Under the pieces are notes generated by a model. That model did no database searches. It was not told the DNA's origin and saw only the letters and a program-made list of their open reading frames with translations. Source: an uncultured delta proteobacterium (GTDB lineage: Bacteria > Desulfobacterota > Binatia > UBA9968). From it: a stretch of DNA of 64,000 nucleotides. Of the stretch, positions 51,501-61,356 are shown piece by piece. Every line of letters begins with the position of its first letter. Position 1 is the stretch's first letter. The stretch spans positions 32,001 through 96,000 of the forward strand of contig CAVWLW010000069.1 in NCBI GenBank assembly GCA_963755715.1, given 5' to 3'. A program made the translations under genes and the position numbers.

Positions 51501-51677
51501 ATGAAAAACGCGGTCCAACGGCTAAACGCCGAGTATCGGTTGAACCTCACGGAAGAAGAAATCGAGGCAATTACCCAACAGGCCGAGGCGGCTCAACAAC
51601 TCTTTCAGAAACTCTTTGAAGTCAATGTCGAGGGCGTCGCGCCGGCGCTGAAGATCGATCCGGCGGAGCGCAAATGA
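51501..51677 (+). CDS. Small GatC/AtzG-like amidase partner
   Basis: YRLNLTEEEIE..L.EVNVEGVAP resembles GatC; ATGA overlap with the amidase. Confidence 0.65.
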   Translation: MKNAVQRLNAEYRLNLTEEEIEAITQQAEAAQQLFQKLFEVNVEGVAPALKIDPAERK

Positions 51678-53129
51678 ACGCTCAAGACCTGGAGAATCTC
51701 ACCATCGCGGGTCTCGCGGCGGAAATCAAGAATCGAAGCATTTCTCCCGTCGAAGTGACGCGCCTTTTCTTGGAACGCATCGAACGGATCAACCCGATAC
51801 TCAATGCTTACGTGACCGTCAACGCGGACATCGCTCTCACCGAAGCTAAAAGAGCGGAAACTGAAATCTGCGCAAGGCCGCTATCGCGGCCCGCTCCACG
51901 GCATTCCCTTTTCCATCAAGGACAACATTGCGACGAAAGGCATCAGAACCACGGCCGGTTCGAAGATTTTGGACGACTGGAAACCGGACTTTGACGCCAC
52001 GGTCGTAGCCAAGCTCAAAGAAGCCGGCGCGATCATTCTCGGCAAAACCAATCTCCACGAATGGGCACTCGGCGGCACGACTATCAATCCGTTCTACGGC
52101 ACGACGCGTAATCCCTGGGATGGGAACCGGATCGCCGGCGGCTCCAGCGGAGGGTCGGGCGCGGCAGTGGCGGCAAGCCTGTCTCTGGGTTCCATCGGAA
52201 CAGACAGCGCGCAGTCGGTAAGAAATCCCGGCTCCATGTGCGGCATTATCGGACTCAAACCGACCTACGGCAGAATCAGTCAGTACGGCACAGTGCCGGG
52301 AACCGGCGCTTATTCGTGTAATCACACCGGTGTCATGACTAAGAACGTCGAAGACGCCGCGATCGTGCTACAAGCCGTCGCGGGTCACGATCCACGCGAC
52401 CCGCTGAGCGCCGACAAACCAGTGGCGAATTATCGCGATAGTCTAGGCCATGACGTCAAGCACATGCGCGTGGGAATTCTCCATGGCTATTTCGAAAAGG
52501 ACATGGCGGAAGAAGTAAAAGAAAAATTCTCCCATGCCGTGGCGGTGTTGAGGCGCCTCGGCATGGAGACCGAAGACGTCACGATACCTCACATGGATCT
52601 CATACCGGCGGTGAAAGTCTGCACCAGTCGAGTGGAAAATTCTTCAGCCCACGACCGCAATCTCAGGACCCGCCCGCGCGACTATAGCAAACAAACTCTG
52701 TATGCCTACCTTTCGGCGCTCCTCGTTCCAGCATCTGCTTATCTCATGGCGCAAAGGGTGCGGCGCATCATTTGCGAGGAATTTCGCGAGCTGCTCGCGC
52801 GCGTGCAGATTCTCGCGCTTCCGACCGTTCCGTTCACCGTTCCCACCATCGAGGAGTGTAACGCCGGTTGGTTAAATATCGATGGCAAAAAAATCCGCCG
52901 CCAAGACGAGCGCGGCGGCGCAGACAGTTTGTGCGCGATTCCGTTTAACGTCACGGGATTGCCGGCGATGAGCATCCCATGTGGCTTTGCCGAAGCGGGC
53001 ACGCCCATCGGCATGCAACTCGCCGCCGGCCCGTTCCAAGAAGAACTTATTTTGCGTGTTGCCCATGCCTACGAGCAGGCAACGGAGTGGCACCAGCGAA
53101 AACCAAAAATTGCCGTAGAACAAAGGTGA
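51674..53129 (+). CDS. Amidase-signature family enzyme; frameshift near 51872
   Basis: GPLHGIPFSIKDN, GKTNLHE, GGSSGGSG, GTDSAQSVR and GLKPTYG motifs. Confidence 0.9.
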
Positions 53130-53438
53130 CTATTCGCGCCACATAAGATCTAGCCGCAAAGCTTGTCCTGAGCGAATGCCAAGGAACTTGAATCACGCAA
53201 AGAACCTAACGCGGCAGAGCCGCAACCAATGGAGAAAAGCAGGATTCACCGCAAAGGCACGAGTTCGCCGAGTTCGGAGTGTTTCTTTATTAAAAACTCA
53301 TGGCTCCTCCGCGGTGGGTTCTCTTTTAGAACGCGACAATCAGAATAGCGACTGGGAAATTCGCGCGAGCCGCGAAAATTCTAAACATTCATATTGTAAG
53401 AATTCGTGCCGTCGTAACTTCTTGGCGCGGTTTTAGTC

Positions 53439-54462
53439 TTACTTCAGCACGTCTTTTAACTTCGCCAGGATCTGTGGGTTAGTCTTGAAAAGTGCGGCGA
53501 CGATTTTTTCCAGCTCTTCACCGGACACCGGATCGACCTCGAGTTTTGACTTATCCGCTTCGGCGAGAAAGGCCGGATCTTTGAGTGTGCGAATAAAAGC
53601 CTCGCGCATGGTGCGCACGTGTTCTTTCGGCGTCCGCGGCGGCATGACGAACGGTCTCGCGATATCGGCCGCGTCATGAATGCCGACTTGAATGAGCTGG
53701 CGCGCTTCATCGGTTTTGGCGTAGTTGATCGCCAACGGCACCTTGGGCAAATCAGGATGCGGCTTCGAGAGCGCTTGCAGAACCACATTGACGTTTCCCG
53801 ACTCGAGCCCTTTCGTCCAGGTCGATTTGATCGCCTCCCAGCTCCAGCACGCGCCCGCCAGCTCGCCGCTTTCAGCCGCTAGCCGAATATCCGCGGTCCC
53901 TTTGTAACCCAGCACCAATTGGATCGGCAGACCGAGAGCGACCTGCAAGATTCTTGGCACGTCGACAATCGGCCCGGAACCCGTGCCACCGAGTTTCACC
54001 GGCGCTTTCGCCGTCTGCCAGCTCTCCATGCTCGTAACGCCGCTCGCTTTGGTGAGCGCGCAAGCGGTTTTTTCCGGAATCGGCGAGCCGACGAATTCAT
54101 ACTTGGTGGCTTCGAACTCCGCGCCGGGACGGCCGAGCAATTGCTGCATAAAAAGACTGCCGACAAAGTGACCCAGCGTCAGCCCGTCGGGTTTCGCCAC
54201 TTTGTAAACGTGATTCGCCGAGATCATGCTGCCGGCGCCCGGCATGTTGTCGACGACGAATGACGGATTGCCCGGAATATATTTACCCATGTGGCGCGCC
54301 ATGGCGCGCGCATAGATATCGAAGCCGCCGCCGGCAGAAAGACCGACGATGATGTGCACCGTCTTGCCTCGATAATACTCCTGCTCGCTGGCACTAACGG
54401 GCCCGACCCAAAGAGCAGCCGTGATCAACACTCCTGAAACTCGCCAAAAGCTAAAGCACCAT
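53439..54462 (-). CDS. TctC/Bug substrate-binding protein (start 54462 with a +1 error near 54455)
   Basis: GGAGGA RBS before the ATG; AGGGFD, NMPGAG and KPDGLT motifs. Confidence 0.88.
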
Positions 54463-54713
54463 GTTTTTCCTCCACCATGTCGGCGTTCAGCAAAACCCCG
54501 CACGCGGGACAGTAGATTTTTTCAAACACGTAACGACCTTCGAGAACCGTCATGAGCGGTCCGGCCTGGGTCGGCGCAAACGTCTTCCTGCGCGCCGCTG
54601 CTTTCCAATCTTGACCCAGCTCGCAGAGCCGATGGCCGCAGTGATTGCAGCGAATCCATTTGCCCGTCGGGCGCGATTTCGACCTCGAGGTTTTCGCGGA
54701 ACGGATGGCTCAC
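54425..54713 (-). CDS. Acetone carboxylase gamma subunit-like Zn protein (missed by the ORF track; frameshift near 54665)
   Basis: GTG overlaps the hyuB-like stop; MSHPFRENLEVE..KWIRCNHCGHRLC..DWK..EKIYCPACGVLL. Confidence 0.75.
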
Positions 54714-56543
54714 CGGCCTTCCTCGATTTCCTGCTTGCGCATCTGCGCTCGGAGCCGGCGCGTCGCTTCGAACTCGACCTGCAAGCCGTTGCTCGTTTAT
54801 CACCACGCCATAAATCTGGCGCGCCGCATCCCGCGAAACGATCGAGTTCTCGACATCGTTTCGCACCAGCACCGGATCTCTTTCCAGCGGATCTCCATAA
54901 CCGCCGCCACTGGCCACTCGCATATAAAGCACGTCAGTTTGTTTGAGCTCGAAGTTACAGTAAGGCAGTATCTTTTCGTGACCGCCCAGCGCGGCCATGC
55001 CGGTCGGCGGCACATTCTGCGCCATCAAATCCTGAATCTTGGTGTCTTCCATCAGCATCATGACGCTTGGCGCGCCCGGATAACCGCCGAACATGCCATG
55101 GCCGGAATTTTCCAACCCCGCCACACCGTAGGCGACGCCGCGGATCTTGCCTTCGGGAGCGTCATGGAGCGTATGCGCCGATTCGACGCCGACGCCGCCG
55201 CGGAATTTTCCCGCGCCGGTGCTATCGAGCGCGTGGCGCCGAAACAGATACAGCAACGGATACTGCAATTCCATCCACTCGACGTTGGGACAGCTCATGT
55301 AGCTGCCGCCGGAATCGACGCCGTCGCGGTCGATGCGCGCGCCGTTGCCGTCCATGGCGCCGTGCGCCATGTTGATGAATGCAGAGTAGCGGCGATACTG
55401 ATTCACGCCCGAATGGCGGCAGTTTCGGTGGCTGGCGCTCGGCGCGACAATTTCTTTGCGCCACCTTTCACTGGTGGCGACCATTTGCATCAATACCGAG
55501 CTGGCGAGAAAACCGACGCCGAAGCCGGACGAAGTTGTGCTCATCGAAATCGGCGCGGGATACTGGACATTGACCAGCGTTGCCGGCGGGGCAATCACCT
55601 CCATCGGCTTGATCACGCCCTGATTCTTCGGCAAATCGTAGGCGATCGAGTAAAGAATCGCGCCGAAGCAAAAGCCGAAGGTGCCGTGAAACGGCAGATT
55701 GATCCCTTTGCGCACCTGAGGATCAGTCCCCGTGAAATCGAAAATCAAGCGGTCGTCTTGCTTGCGCAACGTCAAGCTAAGCCGGCATGGGCCGTCGGCC
55801 TCGATGGTCAGCTTTTCATGCCACTCGCCGTCCGGTATTTCGCTCAGCCGCTTGCGTAACACGGTCTCGGTGTAATGAATCATCTCGGCCGAGACGCTGT
55901 TCATCAACTCCGGTCCATACTGGCGGTACATGTCATGAAGCCGCGCCTTGGCGACATTGTTGGCGGCAATCTCGCATTTGAGATCCAGCGCCACGGCCTC
56001 GGGCTGCCGGGTCATGTGGGTGATCGTATCGAAGACATCCCGGCGCAATTTGCCTCGCTCCACGAGCTTGATGCCGGGAATCCTAAATCCTTCCTGGAAG
56101 ATTTCGGTGGCGTCCGGCGAATCACCGCCGGGCGTGATGGCGCCGACGTCGCTCACGTGAACGAACGTCGCGCTCCAGCCGACCAGCGCGTTCTGGTAAT
56201 GAATCGGCGCGACAATATAAACATCGGGGTTGTGGATCGCCGCGAGATAAGGATCATTGAGCAGAAAAACGTCGTCGGGAAATATTTCCTCTTTGCCGAA
56301 GCGCTCGAGGATGCGCTTCACCGCGAACCCGGCGCACACCACGTGATGGCCGTAGGTCTCGCCGGCGGCCATGATCTCGCCATCGGGCCGGTAGAGCGAC
56401 GCGTTGTAGTCGTGCTGTTGCGTCGTCGTCACCGTGCCGCCGGTGCGCTCCAAAGCGATGCCCATTTCACGGGTCACTTGGTGCAGCCTGTGCGACAGGA
56501 CTTCAAAGGTGATCGGGTCGATGTTGCCGTTGAGCATAGTCAC
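54710..56543 (-). CDS. Hydantoinase B/oxoprolinase (acetone carboxylase alpha-like); frameshift near 54792
   Basis: DPITFEV, NDPY..HNPD, HVSDVG, EIFQEG, GAGKFRGG and GGGYGDPLER motifs. Confidence 0.9.
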
Positions 56544-58642
56544 TCCCGAATATACATTCGGATATTATAATATTCGTCGACGACGGCACGATCGTTGGGA
56601 TTAATCACGACGGTGGTGATCGGCGTCTCGATGATGGCCGGACCGGAAATCTCGCTGCCCGGCGATAAACGGCTATAGTCATAGATTTTCGTCTCGACGA
56701 AGTCACGCGGTTCCTCGAAATAAACTTTTCGATCGGCTTTGCGCGCCGCCTCCGCCTGATTCACTTTCATCGGATGTCTTTTCAATTTCGGTCTGCTGAG
56801 CTCGCCGATGGCGACTACTCGAAAGGCCATGATCTCTTTCCCCGCCTCGCGGTAGCCTGCGCCGGGACCATAGGTGAGCTCGTACAATTCATCGAACTGC
56901 CGGTAAATCGTCTCGAGATCCTGCTCCGAGAGCGGCGCGATGCCGGGCGCGAAGGCAACATTGAGCTCATGAACCTGTTGGCGGTAGCGCATGTCCAGGC
57001 TTCGGACAATTTTCATTTGGCCGTCTGCGAATCCCGCGGCCCGCAAACTGCCCATGGCGCGCTCGACTAGTCCAGTGAAGTTGGTGCGAACATGATTGAT
57101 GTCTGCCGGCACCGAAAGGCGCTCGGATCGGCCGTAATTATAAACAACGTCCGAACTCACCAACCCGGCTGCGCCGTGCACTGAGGCGGTGAGCGGCACT
57201 ACCACTTCTTTGATGCCCAGCTCCGCGGCGTACCGGCCTGCGTGAACCGGCGCGGCGCCGCCAAAGGCAAATAGCGTGAATTCCCGCGGATCGTAGCCGC
57301 GCTCGACTGTTGCGCGGCGGATAAGATCGCTCATGTGCGAATTGGTAATCCGGTAGATGCCGCTCGCCGCCTCCGCGACGGTCATATTCATGGGTCGGGC
57401 GATTTTTTCTTTTAAGGCTTCGAGCGCCGGCGCTTTTGTCAACTTCATTCGGCCGCCCAGAAAACAATCTTCGTTGAGATAACCAAGGATCAGATCCGCA
57501 TCGGAGACGGTCACTTCGCTGCCGCCCATGCCGTAACAAATCGGCCCGGGGCTCGAGCCCGCGCCCTGCGGCCCGACTTTGAGCAGTCCGGTTTCCGGAT
57601 CGATCCAGACGATGCTCCCGCCACCCGCGCCGATCGACTCGACCCAAATTTTGGAAAGGAATAATTGATAGCGCATGAAGATCGGCTTGTGATCCATCTC
57701 GACCGCGCCGTCGCGAATCACCCCGACCTTGAATGTCGTTCCGCCCATGTCCGTCGCCAAAACATCCGCGACCCCGAGTTCAGCGCCGATGAAGCGACTG
57801 CCGATGATTCCCGAGGCCGGACCGGATTCGATCGTGCCGACGGCGTTCTTACACGTATCGTTAATCCCGAGAACCCCGCCGTAAGCTTGCATGACGAGCG
57901 GCTCACGGACCAAACCTTTGGAGCGCAAAAGCTCACCCAAGCCCCGGAGATAGGCAGCGATCTTCGGCCCGACGTAGGCGTTGAAGACGGTCGTCGCCGT
58001 GCGCTCGTATTCGCCGAGGAACGGCGCCACTTCGCTCGAAAGACTCAAATAGATGGATGGATAATTTTCTCTGATGAAGTCGGCCAATGCCCGCTCATGC
58101 GCGTCGTTCGTAAGCGACCACAAGAGCGCGATGGCGATTGACTCGGCGCCGCGGCCGATAAGCGAGCGCACCGACCGGGCAATTTCTTCGGCCTCCAAGT
58201 GGATTAAAACAGAGCCCTTGTAGTCGATGCGTTCGCCGACTTCTTCAATCAAGGATCGCGGCACGATCGGATCAGGCTTGCTTTGCGTCGACGCGCGGAA
58301 GGCATCGCTTTCGGTCAGTCCTTCCGTGGTCCTGCCGCGCATGATCAGCAACGTGTCGCCGAACCCCTGGGTCGTCAGCAGTCCGGTTCTTGGACCTGCG
58401 CGGGTAATCAGCGTGTTGTCGGCCACAGTGCAGGCGTGGAAAAAAAATTGGGTCGCGCTCAGGAGCTCGTTTTCACCGCCAAGGCCGAGATTGCGCGCCG
58501 CATCGCCCACCGCGTCGAGCGCGCCCACGGCAAAGTCATTGGGAGTCGACAGCGCCTTGCCCAAAGTGACCGTGCCATCTTCATCCATTGCCACGCAGTC
58601 GGTAAACGTTCCGCCGATATCGACACCCACGATGTATTTCAT
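56540..58642 (-). CDS. Hydantoinase A/oxoprolinase ATP-binding subunit
   Basis: GVDIGGTFTD, EYERTATT, ESGPASG, DMGGTT, SIGAGGGS and FGGAAPVH motifs. Confidence 0.93.
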   Translation of the reverse strand: MKYIVGVDIGGTFTDCVAMDEDGTVTLGKALSTPNDFAVGALDAVGDAARNLGLGGENELLSATQFFFHACTVADNTLITRAGPRTGLLTTQGFGDTLLIMRGRTTEGLTESDAFRASTQSKPDPIVPRSLIEEVGERIDYKGSVLIHLEAEEIARSVRSLIGRGAESIAIALLWSLTNDAHERALADFIRENYPSIYLSLSSEVAPFLGEYERTATTVFNAYVGPKIAAYLRGLGELLRSKGLVREPLVMQAYGGVLGINDTCKNAVGTIESGPASGIIGSRFIGAELGVADVLATDMGGTTFKVGVIRDGAVEMDHKPIFMRYQLFLSKIWVESIGAGGGSIVWIDPETGLLKVGPQGAGSSPGPICYGMGGSEVTVSDADLILGYLNEDCFLGGRMKLTKAPALEALKEKIARPMNMTVAEAASGIYRITNSHMSDLIRRATVERGYDPREFTLFAFGGAAPVHAGRYAAELGIKEVVVPLTASVHGAAGLVSSDVVYNYGRSERLSVPADINHVRTNFTGLVERAMGSLRAAGFADGQMKIVRSLDMRYRQQVHELNVAFAPGIAPLSEQDLETIYRQFDELYELTYGPGAGYREAGKEIMAFRVVAIGELSRPKLKRHPMKVNQAEAARKADRKVYFEEPRDFVETKIYDYSRLSPGSEISGPAIIETPITTVVINPNDRAVVDEYYNIRMYIRE

Positions 58643-58780
58643 GATGTTGCCCTGAACGCTTGTACCATCCTTGCGGCGAGGAATTCAAAACAGTGACGGA
58701 GCGGAGAGAAGCTGATGGAGTTGGACCGATATAGACTGCGAAACTAATACGGCGCTTCGATTTCCGAATGAATCGCGCGT

Positions 58781-59605
58781 CTAAACCTGCTGCACTTCCA
58801 GATACAGCAGACTGTGATCCGAGTAGTCTTTGATCCACTTGTCTTTTGCCGCCGCGGTCGTTTGATTGGTCCAGCCGCGCACGTCGACTTCGGCTTTCGT
58901 AGCGTCGGGGCGAGCGAACACCGTAAACTTCAGATGATTCGAAGCATAGACATGATCGAGACTGCTGTCGGGTATCGACGAGCCGGAGCCGTTGGACCAA
59001 GAAGCGTCATGAGTTTTGACGAGCCGGCGCATATCGTAAAATTGAGTGGCGCGAAGGTCCCACTTCTTGAGCTCCGTCAACGGATCGATGGCTTTTTGAT
59101 AAGGATAATCGAGGCCCATCGTATTCAGGTCGCCGAGAAATAGATAATTGGCTTTGCCGCCGGCTGCGGCGTCGAGAGTCTTGCGAAACTTGATCGCGCG
59201 TATGGCCATGTCGTCGCGCAGGCCGAAACCGCGCGGTTCGTTGCTGCTCGCCAGATGGAGAAAAAGCACGCAATAGGACTTACTCGCCACCGTGACCGTG
59301 GCGAGTAGCCCAGGTCGCATCGACGTGGTGCCCGATTTGAATTCCAGCTTCTGCGTGAAAAAAGCCGAGAGCGAGGCGCGTACGCCGACGAGAATCTCCT
59401 GGGTTTCCTGGCCCTCGGTAATCTGAAACGTGTAACCGGGAAATTTCGCCGTGACGCTGGCAAAAACCTCTTTGCTTTCGACTTCGTAAAGCGCCAACAT
59501 GTCGGGATTCTGCGCCGCTACGAAATCGATAACGCGATCGACGCGGGTCGGATCCTGTTTGAAGTGTTCGACGTTCCACGACGCAATCGAAAAGGCTTTT
59601 GCCAT
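58781..59605 (-). CDS. Endonuclease/exonuclease/phosphatase family protein
   Basis: SWNVEH, LYEV, HLAS, GDLN, LDHVY and SDHS motifs. Confidence 0.88.
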   Translation of the reverse strand: MAKAFSIASWNVEHFKQDPTRVDRVIDFVAAQNPDMLALYEVESKEVFASVTAKFPGYTFQITEGQETQEILVGVRASLSAFFTQKLEFKSGTTSMRPGLLATVTVASKSYCVLFLHLASSNEPRGFGLRDDMAIRAIKFRKTLDAAAGGKANYLFLGDLNTMGLDYPYQKAIDPLTELKKWDLRATQFYDMRRLVKTHDASWSNGSGSSIPDSSLDHVYASNHLKFTVFARPDATKAEVDVRGWTNQTTAAAKDKWIKDYSDHSLLYLEVQQV

Positions 59606-59676
59606 TGAAGATTCCCCCGGTGGAGAACAATTAGCACAATCGGAGTGATGAAAACCGCCGGCGGGCTTCGCGAGCT

Positions 59677-60423
59677 CTAGATCATAACCGTTCCGCAGTT
59701 GATATTATAGGTCTGGCCGGTAATGTAGGCCGCCGCGTCGCTGGCGAGAAAGAGAATCGGCCCGGCGATATCTTCAGGCTCCAAGACATGGCCGAGCGGT
59801 GTCGCGCGCAGGCGCGCCATCGTTTCCTCTTCCGAGCGATGGCGCCGCGGCATATCGGTGTTGGCCGAGCCGGGACAAATCGCGTTGACGGTGATCCCGT
59901 CGGGACCGAGCTCACGCGCCAGCGCTTTTACGAAGCCGATGATCGCCGCTTTCGACGCCGCATAGTCGGCAAACTCACGCGCGCCGTTATGGGCGATCGA
60001 AGACGCGATGCTGATGATGCGCCCGCTTTTCTGCCGGCGCATGGCGGGAACGAAGGCGCGGGCGCAGAGAAAGTTGCCGCCGAGATTGATGTCGAGTGTG
60101 CGATCCCAGTCTTCCTCGGTCTTATCGACCACCGGCGCTTTGAGGTAGACGCCGGCGTCGTTGACCAAAATATCGATCCGGCCAAAGCGCTCGAAAGTTC
60201 GTTCGGCGAGCCGCTGGACTGACTGCTCGCTGGCGACGTTTACGTCGAGCGCGAGCGCTTCGGCTCCGAGAGCGCGCAGCTCAGCTGCCACAGTTTCGGC
60301 TTTTTCCGCTTGTAGATCGGCGACGATCACTTTCGCGCCTTCCCGCCCCATGCCGAGCGCGATGGCGCGGCCGATGCCTTGAGCTCCGCCGGTGATCAGC
60401 GCTACTTTGTCTTGTAATCGCAT
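59677..60423 (-). CDS. Short-chain dehydrogenase/reductase (FabG-like)
   Basis: TGGAQGIG, LVNDAG and YAASK motifs. Confidence 0.93.
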   Translation of the reverse strand: MRLQDKVALITGGAQGIGRAIALGMGREGAKVIVADLQAEKAETVAAELRALGAEALALDVNVASEQSVQRLAERTFERFGRIDILVNDAGVYLKAPVVDKTEEDWDRTLDINLGGNFLCARAFVPAMRRQKSGRIISIASSIAHNGAREFADYAASKAAIIGFVKALARELGPDGITVNAICPGSANTDMPRRHRSEEETMARLRATPLGHVLEPEDIAGPILFLASDAAAYITGQTYNINCGTVMI

Positions 60424-60496
60424 CGATTGGTTCCTATCTCAAAAGTTTTTTGCAATGAATCAGCGCTAGAAACCACTCGCCACGTGGCACAAAGAA

Positions 60497-60523
60497 AGAT
60501 TTCTCCCTTCGGTCGAAATGACA
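60497..60523. repeat. REP-like unit (TGTCA family)
   Basis: Reverse complement TGTCATTTCGACCGAAGGGAGAAATCT. Confidence 0.7.
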
Positions 60524-60618
60524 ACGTGCGGCCTTTGCGCTCTCTGCGGTGATTTTCGAGTCCGATTCCGCTCTCGTTTGTAATCTATGTCTCCTTTGTG
60601 GTGAATTTCTCTTTCCCG

Positions 60619-61356
60619 CTAGACCAAGCCGCCGTTGCAATGAAACAATTGCCCGGTAATCGCCGCGCTCTCGGGCGTCGTCAGGAAATAGTACAACTCA
60701 GCGAGATCTTCGGGCCGGCCGGTGCGTCCGAGCGGGATCGCCGAATACCAGCGTTGCTGGCGTGCTTCGGGAGTCTCTTTTTCCATGACCCGCGGCGTAT
60801 CGGTTGGACCGGGCGCGACAGTGTTGACGCGAATCCCGTCAGGAGCAAGCTCCAAAGCCAAGCTCTTGGTGAACGCAATGATGCCGGCTTTAGCAGCAGA
60901 ATACGGAGCCCGCAGCGCTGAACCGGTGACGCCGTAGTTCGACGCGGTATTGAGAATTCGTCCGCTTTTTTGTTTCTGCATGATCGGCGCCACCTCGCGA
61001 CACATCAAGAAAGTGCCCTTCAAATTGGTGTCGATGACCAGCTTCCACTCGGCCCAAGTGAAATCCTCGATGCGCTTGGTATAGAAACTGCCGCCGGCGA
61101 TGTTCGCCAGCACGTCGATGCGGCCGAAGCGTTGCGCCGCCTCGCCCACCGCCGCCTTGACTTCGCGCGCCATCGTCACGTCGAGCGAAAGGGCGGCGGC
61201 CTTACCGCCGGCTTCTTCGATCTCGGCGCGCACTTGCTCCGCCGCGGCGTGCTCGTAATCCGCCACGACGACGGTCATTCCGCCCGCAGCCATTCGCTGC
61301 GCCACCGCCCGGCCGATGCCGTTTCCGCCACCTGTGATCAATGCCACTGGATTCAA
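60619..61356 (-). CDS. Short-chain dehydrogenase/reductase
   Basis: TGGGNGIG, YSAAK and VNTVAPG motifs. Confidence 0.93.
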   Translation of the reverse strand: MNPVALITGGGNGIGRAVAQRMAAGGMTVVVADYEHAAAEQVRAEIEEAGGKAAALSLDVTMAREVKAAVGEAAQRFGRIDVLANIAGGSFYTKRIEDFTWAEWKLVIDTNLKGTFLMCREVAPIMQKQKSGRILNTASNYGVTGSALRAPYSAAKAGIIAFTKSLALELAPDGIRVNTVAPGPTDTPRVMEKETPEARQQRWYSAIPLGRTGRPEDLAELYYFLTTPESAAITGQLFHCNGGLV

